64,000 bases of DNA from contig JBGPJO010000004.1 of assembly GCA_041485465.1 (NCBI GenBank), positions 1 through 64,000 on the forward strand. Reading direction: 5' to 3'. The translations under genes and the position numbers were made by a program. The notes beneath the pieces are model-generated. The model worked only from the letters and a program-made list of their open reading frames with translations. It made no database searches and was not told the origin of the DNA. This DNA is from Minisyncoccia bacterium (GTDB lineage: Bacteria > Patescibacteriota > Minisyncoccia > Phycocordibacterales > JAKFXT01). Positions 29,236 to 38,969 of the stretch are shown in pieces (positions within the stretch are counted from its first letter, which is position 1; each line of letters opens with the position of its first letter).

Positions 29236-29272
29236 ACCGGTTGGCGCCTTCGCGTCAACCGGTCTTTTTTAT
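29236..29272 (+). terminator. intrinsic terminator
   Basis: ACCGGTTGGCG...CGTCAACCGGT plus T tract. Confidence 0.7.
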
Positions 29273-30001
29273 TTATTGATACTTCGGCACCCCAACATCC
29301 TGTGCCTCCATGTGAATGTCTTCAAATCTTTTTTCCTGGACAACATCAATCGCCCCTTGCTTTACCAACTCAAGCATGGCGAGAAAACCAATAATCACTT
29401 CAACTCTCTCGGTACTTCCTTTGGCAAATTCTTTAAATGATAACTTTAAACTGCCCTGCACCCTCTCTATCAGGCGAGTTATCATTTCCTCAAGGCTTAT
29501 TACTTTTTTCACAATCGCCTGCGGAATAAATTCCTTGATGGGTATACTCTTGATTGCGATTTTAAGTCCGGAAAGTAGCGATCCGAGAGTAATTGTTTCA
29601 TCCGGTGAAAAAACCGGCTCAACTATCTTACGATCCCCGCGTTCAAAAATAATGTTTTTTCCGAATTTTTCCTTGACGTGTCGTGAAAGACCCCTGATAC
29701 GCTGATAGAGGCGGAGGCGTTCTTCAAGATCCTTAATGTCAGCCTCTTCTTCATCCGAGAGAGATAGGGTCGGCAGAAGCGAGCGGGATTTGATGAGAAG
29801 CAGCGTTGAAGCAACAAGCACGAAATGGGCAATACCGGGGATTGAAAATTCCTGAAGAGCTTTTACATAATTAATGTAATCGTCGGTCACCTGAGAAAGC
29901 GAAACATCATTGATATGGAGTTTCCTCTTTTCTATAAAATCCAAAAGAAGATCAAGTGGTCCTTCGAATTCGCCGACTTTTATTTTAAATTCGCCGTGCA
30001 T
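29273..30001 (-). CDS. scpA: segregation/condensation protein ScpA
   Basis: FEGPLDLLL, IKSRSLLP, FLAMLELVK. Confidence 0.95.
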   Translation of the reverse strand: MHGEFKIKVGEFEGPLDLLLDFIEKRKLHINDVSLSQVTDDYINYVKALQEFSIPGIAHFVLVASTLLLIKSRSLLPTLSLSDEEEADIKDLEERLRLYQRIRGLSRHVKEKFGKNIIFERGDRKIVEPVFSPDETITLGSLLSGLKIAIKSIPIKEFIPQAIVKKVISLEEMITRLIERVQGSLKLSFKEFAKGSTERVEVIIGFLAMLELVKQGAIDVVQEKRFEDIHMEAQDVGVPKYQ

Positions 30002-30007
30002 CAGGGG

Positions 30008-31336
30008 TTACTTCGAAAGGAGATTGTCGATCCGATTAATTTCGCGCGGGAAAAGTGTCGCTTCTTTGATATTGTGAAGTCCCAGGAGTTTTGCCGTTAG
30101 ACGTTCAAGCCCCATGCCAAAACCGCCATGAGGCGGCATGCCATATTTAAAGGCCTGAAGATAAAAAGAAAACTTTTCCGGATCGAGGCCCTTGCTTTTA
30201 ATCTTCTCCACCAGTTTTTCATAATCGTTGATGCGCTGTCCGCCGGTTGCAATCTCAACCCCTCTAAACAAGAGATCAAAACTATTGGTGTAATTGGGGT
30301 CTTCAGGGTCTTCGAAAGCGTACATCGGCCTCTTTGAAGTAGGATAGTGAGTAATAAAAATGAAATCGGAATTGAAATTATTTTTCGCGTACTCCGAAAG
30401 AAACCGTTCCTGTTCCGGATCAAGATCCGGTTCTTTCATACAATCCTTTCCCGTTTCTTTGGTGATAATCGCCTGCGCTTCCCGCAATTTCATTGCGGGG
30501 ATCTCTTTTGGTACTTCGGGAATTGGAGAACCAAGCAATTTAAATTCCTCGGCACAGTTTTTCCTAAGCTCGGAGGCGATGTATACGAGGAGACGATTCG
30601 TCACTCTCATGACATCACGGTGGCTAGCAATGAATCCCATTTCGATGTCGAGACTCGTGTATTCGTTCAAATGCCGACTGGTCGAATGTTTCTCGGCACG
30701 ATAGACATTTCCAATCGCAAACACTTTCTCAAAAACGGCAACCATGATCTGCTTGTAAAATTGTGGGCTTTGGGCAAGATTTGCTTTATTTCCGAAGTAT
30801 TCAAGGGAAAAAACGTTCGCCCCGCCTTCGGCGTCTTCCCCGATAAGCTTCGGTGATTGAAATTCGGTAAAGTTCTCCCCGGTCAAAAATTCCCGGAAAG
30901 CTCTCACGATATGCGCCTGGACCTTAAAAATCGCTTTGCTTTTATCGGTACGAAGAGTCAACGGCAAGTAATCAAGATGGGTATCGAGATTAAGCTCGGT
31001 ATCTTTTTCAAACGGTAATTCCGCCGCTTCGGAAAGTATTTCGATTGATTCGATTTCAAGCTCGATATCGCCGTTTTGGATGTCCGGATTGATCATTTTT
31101 TCCGGACGCTTGTTTATTTTCCCGGAGACGCTGACCACCCATTCGGGGCGAAGTTTCTTCGCCGCTTCATGTGCCTCCTCATGAGAAGGCACTGCCACCG
31201 CTTGGATCTTTCCCGTAACATCCCGAAAATCTATGAAAATGAGTTTGCCGTGATCACGCCTGATATCAACAAAACCTGCGATTCTTACACTCTCCCCTAT
31301 TTTTCCTACTAAATCTTTAATGTATGTTCTTTCCAT
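30008..31336 (-). CDS. aspS: aspartate--tRNA(Asp/Asn) ligase, short non-discriminating type
   Basis: OB fold, LAQSPQFYKQ, YRAE, GGQR, GMPPHGGFGMGLER; no GAD insert. Confidence 0.93.
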   Translation of the reverse strand: MERTYIKDLVGKIGESVRIAGFVDIRRDHGKLIFIDFRDVTGKIQAVAVPSHEEAHEAAKKLRPEWVVSVSGKINKRPEKMINPDIQNGDIELEIESIEILSEAAELPFEKDTELNLDTHLDYLPLTLRTDKSKAIFKVQAHIVRAFREFLTGENFTEFQSPKLIGEDAEGGANVFSLEYFGNKANLAQSPQFYKQIMVAVFEKVFAIGNVYRAEKHSTSRHLNEYTSLDIEMGFIASHRDVMRVTNRLLVYIASELRKNCAEEFKLLGSPIPEVPKEIPAMKLREAQAIITKETGKDCMKEPDLDPEQERFLSEYAKNNFNSDFIFITHYPTSKRPMYAFEDPEDPNYTNSFDLLFRGVEIATGGQRINDYEKLVEKIKSKGLDPEKFSFYLQAFKYGMPPHGGFGMGLERLTAKLLGLHNIKEATLFPREINRIDNLLSK

Positions 31337-31342
31337 AAAATT

Positions 31343-32296
31343 TTATGAACGGACCCCGATACGCTCACGGACAATTTTCATTTTTTTTGATGCTACAGCG
31401 CGCGCCTTCTCTCCTCCTTCCTTCAAAACATTCTCTATATATGCAGGGTCGGATGCTATTTCTTGGCGGCGCTTTCGCATCGGCTCTATAAAAGCGTCAA
31501 TATCCTCAATCAGAGCTTCCTTGAGCACTTTGTAATTTCCTTTATCTTTTTCATACAAAGATTTTAGCTCGCTCTCGCTTTTATAGAGCTTATGAATGGC
31601 ATAGACATGTTCCGGAAAATCACCGGATGAATTCGTAACGATCCCCATGACCCCTTTTTCAATCTCACTTCGATTTGCAAAAAGCGGAATGACATTCCCG
31701 TAACTCTTGCTCATTTTCCGTCCATCCGTGCCGGGAACAATCGCGACTTCTTTTTGGATAAGCTCGGTCGGAAGCTTGAAGGTGTCGCCATATATGCGGT
31801 TGAACTTTTCCGCCGTATCACGAGCATACTCGACATGCTGTTTTTGGTCCTGTCCGATCGGTACGATATCGGCATCATAGAGAAGAATATCGGCCGCCAT
31901 AAGCATCGGGTAGTTGAACGTTCCGACCAAGACTTCCTTCCCCTTCGCTTCGGCGTCCTTATAGGCATGGGCGCGCATTAAGTACGGCATTGTCGTGATA
32001 GTGTCGAAAATCCAGGCAAGTTCGGTGTGCTCTCCTACATCGGATTGCTTAAAAAGGGTGACATGGGCCGGATCGAGGCCTATCGCAAGGTAATCAAGGG
32101 CGATGCCGAGAGTGTTCTCCTTCATTTCCTCTTTGTTTTGAATAAAGTTAAGCGCGTGATAATCAGCAATGAAAACAAAGCACTGATACTCTTTTTGAAA
32201 ATCGACAAATTGCCGCATTGCCCCGAAATAGTTACCAATGTGGGAGAGCCCGCTCGGTTTAACCCCGGAGAGAAGTATTTTCTTTCGCTCTATCAT
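31343..32296 (-). CDS. trpS: tryptophan--tRNA ligase
   Basis: HIGNY, YPMLMAADIL, GQDQ, KMSKS. Confidence 0.97.
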   Translation of the reverse strand: MIERKKILLSGVKPSGLSHIGNYFGAMRQFVDFQKEYQCFVFIADYHALNFIQNKEEMKENTLGIALDYLAIGLDPAHVTLFKQSDVGEHTELAWIFDTITTMPYLMRAHAYKDAEAKGKEVLVGTFNYPMLMAADILLYDADIVPIGQDQKQHVEYARDTAEKFNRIYGDTFKLPTELIQKEVAIVPGTDGRKMSKSYGNVIPLFANRSEIEKGVMGIVTNSSGDFPEHVYAIHKLYKSESELKSLYEKDKGNYKVLKEALIEDIDAFIEPMRKRRQEIASDPAYIENVLKEGGEKARAVASKKMKIVRERIGVRS

Positions 32297-32327
32297 CTCA
32301 AAAATACTACCAAAATTAAGGCTTTTT

Positions 32328-33974
32328 TCAATGAGCCGGGGCTTTCTCAAGTTCAACGATAAATGTCGAACCCTTGCCCTTGCCTTCTGATTCCGCCCAG
32401 ATCTTACCGCCGTTAGCTTTGACCATCTCCTTTGCGACGTACAGTCCGAGACCGGTTCCCATCACGTTAGTCTTATTTGCATCTTTTGCGCGAGAGAATT
32501 TCTCAAAAAGCAAAGCTATAGTTTCCTGTCCCATACCTATACCGGTATCGGAAATAGCAATGCGTAATTTGCCGCCGGACTGTTTCAACAAGCGTACCGT
32601 GATTGACCCTTTTGGAGTGTACTTAATGGCGTTATCAAGGAGGTTAGTGACAACCTGTTTCATTTTGCCAATATCGATATTTGATTTATAGGGAGGCTTG
32701 TTGTCGGTTGTAAACGAAATCGAGAGATTGGCTTTTTTAACCGAAGGCAAAAGCTCGTCGACAACGCTTTTCACTAGTGGCTCAATGTCGGCAATGGCAA
32801 AATCGTACTTCATTCTCCCCTGCTCGATCCGGGAGATGTTTAAGAAATCCTCAACAACAATTACCAAACCTTTGGCCGAGTCAAAGATTCTATCAACAGC
32901 CTGAGTGATCGCGGGAGGCACTTTCCCAAATGATCCTTCGATTATAAGCGATGCGTATCCTTTAATTGCCGCCAAGGGACTACGGAGTTGATGTGAAGCG
33001 ATCGAGACAAATTCAGATTTCAGCTGATCAAGCTCTTTTAGCCGTTCATTTGCCGCTTCCAAATCTTTCGCCAGTTTTTCAATTTGTTCCCGAGCCTCGA
33101 CTTCCTTAATAACGCTGCGAACTAAGAGCACTCCTACAACGATAGTTGAAAACAACAACCCCGCATTGATAAGTTGGTCTTGAATCGACTGAGATAATAA
33201 GGTCCGCGTAAGAATGATAATCCAAAGAGAAAAAACAAAAATTTCTGTTGTGATAACCCTAAGGCTGAATAATTGATGTTTAAAAATTGAATATGTTGTC
33301 GCAACAACGAAAAGAATATTCATAAATGGTCCAAGCCAGTAGAAATCAAAATTACCGAAATAGGGAAGAATAATATCGCAAATAAGTCCCACCAAAACAG
33401 AAAGGCCAGTTCCTGTAATAACATAGGATAATTGGCGGCTGGCAATAATATCTTTTACGTGAATGGATTTGAAAAAACGTCTGAAAAAATTACTATAGGC
33501 CAACACAAAGTAGAAAAACATCAATATAGAATAAGGGATATATAGGTTACCAAATGAAACAAATTTAGAGGTGCCAATATATGAAACGGCTTTAATCACT
33601 GTCTCAGAAAATATAATGAGACTTATTGCGGTACCGGTGAATACAGTAGTTGTGATAAATACTTTTCTACTGATTGCTTCCTCACTTTCATTTAAAAATC
33701 TGTAACTGAATAGTAATAAATTGTGGGCAATAAGGATCCCCGCTATATATAATAATTTTGTTGGAATAATAAGTATCCCGAGATTAGAAACAATCCGAAA
33801 AAGAAACATTGAAAGAACCCAGGTGGTCGCACTATATGCCGCGATTGCGAAAAACTTCGAGCTCTTATTTTCTTTTCGATTAAAAAAAACGGCTGTTGAT
33901 AAAACAAAATCAACGATTACTACAATAGCAAGAAGAATATCTATAAGACTAAGAGCGTAAAAACCTATATTCAT
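32328..33974 (-). CDS. sensor histidine kinase with N-terminal 7TM-type membrane domain
   Basis: About 8-9 TM helices, H-box SHQLRSPL, N-box NLLDNAIKY, DTGIG, GTGLGL. Confidence 0.93.
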   Translation of the reverse strand: MNIGFYALSLIDILLAIVVIVDFVLSTAVFFNRKENKSSKFFAIAAYSATTWVLSMFLFRIVSNLGILIIPTKLLYIAGILIAHNLLLFSYRFLNESEEAISRKVFITTTVFTGTAISLIIFSETVIKAVSYIGTSKFVSFGNLYIPYSILMFFYFVLAYSNFFRRFFKSIHVKDIIASRQLSYVITGTGLSVLVGLICDIILPYFGNFDFYWLGPFMNILFVVATTYSIFKHQLFSLRVITTEIFVFSLWIIILTRTLLSQSIQDQLINAGLLFSTIVVGVLLVRSVIKEVEAREQIEKLAKDLEAANERLKELDQLKSEFVSIASHQLRSPLAAIKGYASLIIEGSFGKVPPAITQAVDRIFDSAKGLVIVVEDFLNISRIEQGRMKYDFAIADIEPLVKSVVDELLPSVKKANLSISFTTDNKPPYKSNIDIGKMKQVVTNLLDNAIKYTPKGSITVRLLKQSGGKLRIAISDTGIGMGQETIALLFEKFSRAKDANKTNVMGTGLGLYVAKEMVKANGGKIWAESEGKGKGSTFIVELEKAPAH

Positions 33975-35068
33975 AGGGTCGAATTGAGAATTTTTTGGCG
34001 GTTTTTAGCCTCCTCCGAGGTTAGAGCGACTTTTTCAACTACAATCCGTGCCGTAGACATGGCTGGAATGCCGTACCACCATATTTCGTTATCAAGAAAG
34101 AAATTGTGTATTTCAAAACCGTACCAAGCTTGATTATCTTTATCATAGGCCGTTATTAATGGAAGAGTGTAAAACAAAGCTGTGGTATCACGCCAACCCC
34201 AAAGAGTATGCAGTACCAAGGGTTTTGTAATATATTCCCACGAGAGAAAACTGAAAGCGTTGCCATTTTTTTTGCCAATAAAAAAGGGCCATCTTTCTTG
34301 AAACTCGTAAATAGAACGGTGCATATCATTAAGAGAAAGAATGCCCCCATCCTTAAGAACCAGGAGAATCTCTTCAAATACTTTAAGAGGATTATCTATT
34401 CCACCGATACCAAACATCATTGTCACGCAATCAAAAGAACCGGAATGAAATGATACAAATCCTTTCGCGGTGCCACCTTCTCGTAAGTTTCGCGCGTCTC
34501 CACGTTGAAATATGACTTCACGCTCGCCTTTTTTTAGTAAACCTGTAGCGGTCATCCGCGGAAGAATAATTTTCATTGCTTGATCAAGCATCTCTTCACT
34601 GTAATCGACCGCACTAGCAGTAACTTTTATTTTAAAGGAACGAAATACTTCAAACATCTCTTCAACCGAGAGACCAATCCCTGTCGCAAGATCAAGAAGT
34701 TTAATTGGTGTTTTTATTTCCTTTCGCTTCGCATATGAAATAACGTCTGTACCGCTTTGCCTTCTCCACCAAGTATCTCGAAAGTTAGTTGTAAGATGGT
34801 GTTTGCGTTCATATGTTTTTGCCTCTCGCCGGTATATTTCCGCAACCTCATCATTGGTAAGCGAGTCAGATTTTTTTTTATATTTATCACGCCAACTTAC
34901 CATCCGAAGCCGAAAACGAATAATGGCATAAATAATAAAAAGTAAAAAACGATAATACCAATACGTAATGGTGCTAATTTCCACTTCGAAAGGCTTCGTA
35001 AGGAAGGCCGGGAAATAAGAAGCTTCGGCATTCTCAACGACAAATAGGGGTTTACTCGTAAGTTTCAT
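33971..35068 (-). CDS. class I SAM-dependent methyltransferase (UbiE-like)
   Basis: LLDLATGIG, VDYSEEML, GDA, FDCVT..FG, LKDGG. Confidence 0.85.
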   Translation of the reverse strand: MKLTSKPLFVVENAEASYFPAFLTKPFEVEISTITYWYYRFLLFIIYAIIRFRLRMVSWRDKYKKKSDSLTNDEVAEIYRREAKTYERKHHLTTNFRDTWWRRQSGTDVISYAKRKEIKTPIKLLDLATGIGLSVEEMFEVFRSFKIKVTASAVDYSEEMLDQAMKIILPRMTATGLLKKGEREVIFQRGDARNLREGGTAKGFVSFHSGSFDCVTMMFGIGGIDNPLKVFEEILLVLKDGGILSLNDMHRSIYEFQERWPFFIGKKNGNAFSFLSWEYITKPLVLHTLWGWRDTTALFYTLPLITAYDKDNQAWYGFEIHNFFLDNEIWWYGIPAMSTARIVVEKVALTSEEAKNRQKILNSTL

Positions 35069-35092
35069 TTATTTTAATATTATAAGACAGAC

Positions 35093-36265
35093 TCACGATA
35101 ATTTTTTAGTCCATCTTTCAGCAAAAGCCCGTGCGATCGAGGAAAGAGATCCGGGACCCATACTATAACGCGAAAGATCCCCCACCATCTCTTTTGTATT
35201 ACGCATATTATGAACAACTGACTCAATCATATAGAAACGATAAGGAAATATTTTTTGTGAGAATGGCTTTAACGGAGTAAAGAAAAAACCAATAAAGCGA
35301 AGGCAGGAAAAGTAAAAATATATTAGAAAAGGAGGAAGGGTAAAGACAGGCATATCAATTCCAATACCTTCAAAGGTCTCGCTGATAACTTCCCTAAAAG
35401 GAAAGGGTTGAGGGTTAGTAAGATGAAAAGTCTTGCCTTTAGCTTTCTTGTCAGAAACTATTGTAATCATCCATTCAATAACCCATTCGATAGGGACAAG
35501 ATCGAGGGTACAGTGGGTTGAGTTAGGAAACGGTATCGAAAGATATAATATATTTTTATTTAAACGAGCATTAATAAGTTTTGAAAAAATAACGTGTTTT
35601 TGTAAAAAAGGTGCTAGTTTAGTTTTTAGTCGGGCAAGGGCAACCACAACCGTATAATAGCCAAAAGAGGTAAACGATATGTTGTGAGTCTCAATCAAAA
35701 TGCTCGGCCGGAATATTATAAGGTCGGCCGATGTTCTTTTTGACCATTCTTTCAAAAATTCTTCAGCCTTGAATTTACTTTCCTCATAGGCGTTATTAAA
35801 CGCCGGAGGAGGAACTAATTCGTCTTCATATATAATTCCGGTTCGTTTGCCGTGTACATAAGCGGTACTTGTGTAATATAGGGGTGCCTGAAGAATTTCC
35901 GCCAAACGAGCTATATTTTTTGTCCCATTAACATTGACATTAAATACAGCATCGCGCTCAGATTCCTTAAAACTCAAATTTGCTGCTAAGTGCCAAATAC
36001 CATCAATCTTTCCAATGGTGGCCGCAATGTTGTTGACCGCGTCTTCCATAGTAGATACATCCGCTTCAATGACGCGAATGTGAGATTCATCCGGATGAAA
36101 ATCACTATCAATTGAAGAAATTTTACTCAGAATACGATCCTTCAAAGGAATCCCCTTTTTACTTCTCCCAAGAAATATAAGAGAATTTCCTTCCTTGAGG
36201 AGTTCAATAGAAAGAAGCGAGCCAAGAAAGCCAGTGCTGCCGGTTAATAAATAGATATTTTGCAT
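35093..36265 (-). CDS. extended SDR, thioester/fatty acyl-CoA reductase-like
   Basis: LTGSTGFLG, HLAA, STAYV, YEESK (YxxxK), RPSI, DLVP. Confidence 0.85.
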   Translation of the reverse strand: MQNIYLLTGSTGFLGSLLSIELLKEGNSLIFLGRSKKGIPLKDRILSKISSIDSDFHPDESHIRVIEADVSTMEDAVNNIAATIGKIDGIWHLAANLSFKESERDAVFNVNVNGTKNIARLAEILQAPLYYTSTAYVHGKRTGIIYEDELVPPPAFNNAYEESKFKAEEFLKEWSKRTSADLIIFRPSILIETHNISFTSFGYYTVVVALARLKTKLAPFLQKHVIFSKLINARLNKNILYLSIPFPNSTHCTLDLVPIEWVIEWMITIVSDKKAKGKTFHLTNPQPFPFREVISETFEGIGIDMPVFTLPPFLIYFYFSCLRFIGFFFTPLKPFSQKIFPYRFYMIESVVHNMRNTKEMVGDLSRYSMGPGSLSSIARAFAERWTKKLS

Positions 36266-36343
36266 TCACTTTCAATATTGAAGATATTTTAATTATACCT
36301 CAAAAATCTGCCGGTATATGGGGGTTTGAAAAGTTTCCTTTCC

Positions 36344-37027
36344 TCAGTTAAGCAATCGAGCGATGCCACTCATCACAATTTGGGCAGCGGATTTGTAATG
36401 TTCGGGGATAGTTGGTTCCACAACTCCAAAAAGATCATTTTGCGAAAAAGGTGAACCAAAATGTAAAGAGATCTTTCTTTTTCCCCTTAAAAAAAGCTTT
36501 GGGCTTAATTTGAATGTGCCACTCAACCCGACGGGGACAATTGTTACGCCGGTAAAATGGGACAAGAATGCTACTCCCCCATGTGCCTCCTGAAGCTTCC
36601 CGTCTCTCGTTATCCACCCTTCAGGAAAAATGCAGAGGCTCCCTCCGTCTTTGAGTATTTCATCGTGGTTCTTCAGAGATTTCTCATAGTTCTTGGACCC
36701 GGGAAAGATCGGATATGATCCCCACGCCCGGAAAAACCAACGTTTATAGATAAAACGGCGCCATCCGAATTTTTCATGATTAAATTCTTCATCCGGGTCT
36801 CCAACATAGAACATGGGAGCAAATCTTCCTAAAGGAGAGAGTGCCGCCGTTAAGACAATCGGATCAAGCTCATTTGAATGATTAACTGCAAAGATTGCCT
36901 GGGTAAGACCCCCCAAATTTTCCTTTCCCTTGACTTCAAAATGACAAAAGAAATTAAGAAGCAGGCGCGTCGGCGCCCAAGCGAGGGTCTGTAAAATGCG
37001 CGGTGGGAGAGAATACCACGTGGACAT
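36344..37027 (-). CDS. lysophospholipid acyltransferase (PlsC family)
   Basis: NHSNELD (HX4D), FPEG, PV motifs. Confidence 0.9.
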   Translation of the reverse strand: MSTWYSLPPRILQTLAWAPTRLLLNFFCHFEVKGKENLGGLTQAIFAVNHSNELDPIVLTAALSPLGRFAPMFYVGDPDEEFNHEKFGWRRFIYKRWFFRAWGSYPIFPGSKNYEKSLKNHDEILKDGGSLCIFPEGWITRDGKLQEAHGGVAFLSHFTGVTIVPVGLSGTFKLSPKLFLRGKRKISLHFGSPFSQNDLFGVVEPTIPEHYKSAAQIVMSGIARLLN

Positions 37028-37037
37028 AGATTTATTT

Positions 37038-37487
37038 TTATTCGATTAGGTCTATTTTATCAATCCGTCTTCGGTGGCACTCCTCGCCGCTAAAAGGAGT
37101 CTCAAGCCAGAGCTTCGCGGCTTTTTCTGCGTCTTCAATACTTAAAAAGCCGGCGCCAAGGGAGAGAATATTCGCATCGTTGTGCTCGCGGCTAAGTTTT
37201 ATGATATCCAAACTACCGCCATAGTAAACAGCCCCTCGGATCCCCTTTCTCCTATTGACCACCATCGCTTCCCCCTCCCCCGATTTGCCAAGGATGATGC
37301 CTCTCGTGTTGTTCGGGTCCTTTAGTACTTCATCCGCGACAAGCCTGACATAATCCGGGTAGTCGTCATTTTGATCATACGAAAACGGCCCTTTATCTAT
37401 GACAGTAAAACCGAGTGTCTTAACAAACTCGGAAAGATTGTTTTTAAGCTCAAAACCGGCATGATCCGATGCGATATAAATGGTCAT
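37038..37487 (-). CDS. rpiB: ribose-5-phosphate isomerase B
   Basis: ASDHAG, DDYPD, SREHNDAN. Confidence 0.93.
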   Translation of the reverse strand: MTIYIASDHAGFELKNNLSEFVKTLGFTVIDKGPFSYDQNDDYPDYVRLVADEVLKDPNNTRGIILGKSGEGEAMVVNRRKGIRGAVYYGGSLDIIKLSREHNDANILSLGAGFLSIEDAEKAAKLWLETPFSGEECHRRRIDKIDLIE

Positions 37488-37494
37488 TTTTGGT

Positions 37495-38523
37495 TTAAAT
37501 AAAACTTCCGGTTTGAACCACGTGCTCGGCAAGCGTGTGAGCATAGCCCATTTCGTTGTCGTACCACGCAAGCACTTTGACAAGATTACCGTCAACGACA
37601 CGCGTCATCGCCAAATCGGCAATCGCGCCATATGATGAGCCGACGATATCGGAAGAAACAAGCGGCTCATTGGTTACGGCAAATACTTTTTGCCAGCGCG
37701 AGACGCCTGCGGCATCAGTCATAATTTTATTAACCTCCTCGACAGTAGTCTCACGGCTTGCAATAAAAGTGATGTCGACGAGAGATCCGGTCACCACCGG
37801 CACACGGATGGCAACGCCGTCGAATCTTCCCTGAAGTTCGGTGAGCGCTTTCGTGACGGCAATCGCCGCGCCGGTCGATGAAGGCACAATGTTATGCGCA
37901 CCAGCACGGCCGCGCCGTAAGTCGACCCCCGTCACTGGAGAATCGACAATTGATTGAGTTGCGGTGTACGCGTGCACGGTATTTAAAATTGCTTTCTCAA
38001 TTCCCAAGCCTTGGTGGAGAATCGCAAGAAGCGGACTTCCCGCGTTTGTGGTGCATGAGCCGTTTGAGGAGACAATACACGTTTTTAGCTTCTCTTCATT
38101 CACCCCCATAAGAACCGTTGCCGAAGAAAGATCAGAGGGCGGCTCGTCTTTGACAGGCGCGGTTATCACCACTTTTTTTGCGCCAGAGATGAGGTGGGCA
38201 CGGGCGGACTGGTAACTTTCAAAAACACCTGTTGATTCAACGACAACTGATGCGCCAAGTTTTCTCCACGGAATACCCGCGGGCTCTTTTTCGTGAGTGA
38301 CGGGAATTTCTACGCCGTCAATAATAAGAGAACTCTCCCCCGCCTTCACGTCAAAAGGGCTTTTGCCATAAGCAGAATCATACGTAAGAAGATACGCAAG
38401 ATTTTTGACGTCGCCGAGGTCATTAATAGCAACCACCTCAATATCGCCGCGCTTTTTAGCAACCCGGAAAAAAGCGCGGCCAATCCTGCCAAAGCCGTTA
38501 ATGCCAACTAGAATTTTTTTCAT
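37495..38523 (-). CDS. gap: type I glyceraldehyde-3-phosphate dehydrogenase
   Basis: GINGFGRIGR, SCTTN, WYDNE. Confidence 0.97.
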   Translation of the reverse strand: MKKILVGINGFGRIGRAFFRVAKKRGDIEVVAINDLGDVKNLAYLLTYDSAYGKSPFDVKAGESSLIIDGVEIPVTHEKEPAGIPWRKLGASVVVESTGVFESYQSARAHLISGAKKVVITAPVKDEPPSDLSSATVLMGVNEEKLKTCIVSSNGSCTTNAGSPLLAILHQGLGIEKAILNTVHAYTATQSIVDSPVTGVDLRRGRAGAHNIVPSSTGAAIAVTKALTELQGRFDGVAIRVPVVTGSLVDITFIASRETTVEEVNKIMTDAAGVSRWQKVFAVTNEPLVSSDIVGSSYGAIADLAMTRVVDGNLVKVLAWYDNEMGYAHTLAEHVVQTGSFI

Positions 38524-38689
38524 AGAGCCGAAGTAGTTTTATTATAACATCAAAAAAGACTGTTTGGGATGATGTCCGGACAAAATTAATAAGTCTTATC
38601 TAGTCTTTAAATATATAGAAAGTGACTCTCGAAAACTTTTGGAGAATTTCATATCCGTAGGATTCGCCTGTATATCACGAAGGCCTGTC

Positions 38690-38935
38690 TCAAGGACGAC
38701 CGTGTATCAAGTTCAGCTTCTTTTGTCGTGTCCAACCTTTGATCTGTGCTTCCCTTTTCAAAGCTGATGACCTATCAGGATGCTGCTCGGTATACACTAC
38801 ACGAACGACTCCTTTGGACCTCGTATAATGACCCCCAATTTTATTCTTGTGTTCATTGAAGCGACGCTCCACATTCGTGGTCATGCCTGTATAGAAAGAC
38901 TCATCGCTACATTCAATAAGATAAACAAAATACAT
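38690..38935 (-). CDS. GIY-YIG nuclease family protein (UPF0213-like)
   Basis: YFVYLIEC.D.SFYTG.T..VERR..EH...A.KRE..IK. Confidence 0.9.
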   Translation of the reverse strand: MYFVYLIECSDESFYTGMTTNVERRFNEHKNKIGGHYTRSKGVVRVVYTEQHPDRSSALKREAQIKGWTRQKKLNLIHGRP

Positions 38936-38938
38936 ATG

Positions 38939-38959
38939 GTCCCTCGACAAGCTTAGGAC
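38939..38959 (+). repeat. REP-like stem-loop (copy 3), abutting the GIY-YIG start
   Basis: GTCC-CTCGACAAGCTTA-GGAC. Confidence 0.55.
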
Positions 38960-38969
38960 ACTTCGCTAA

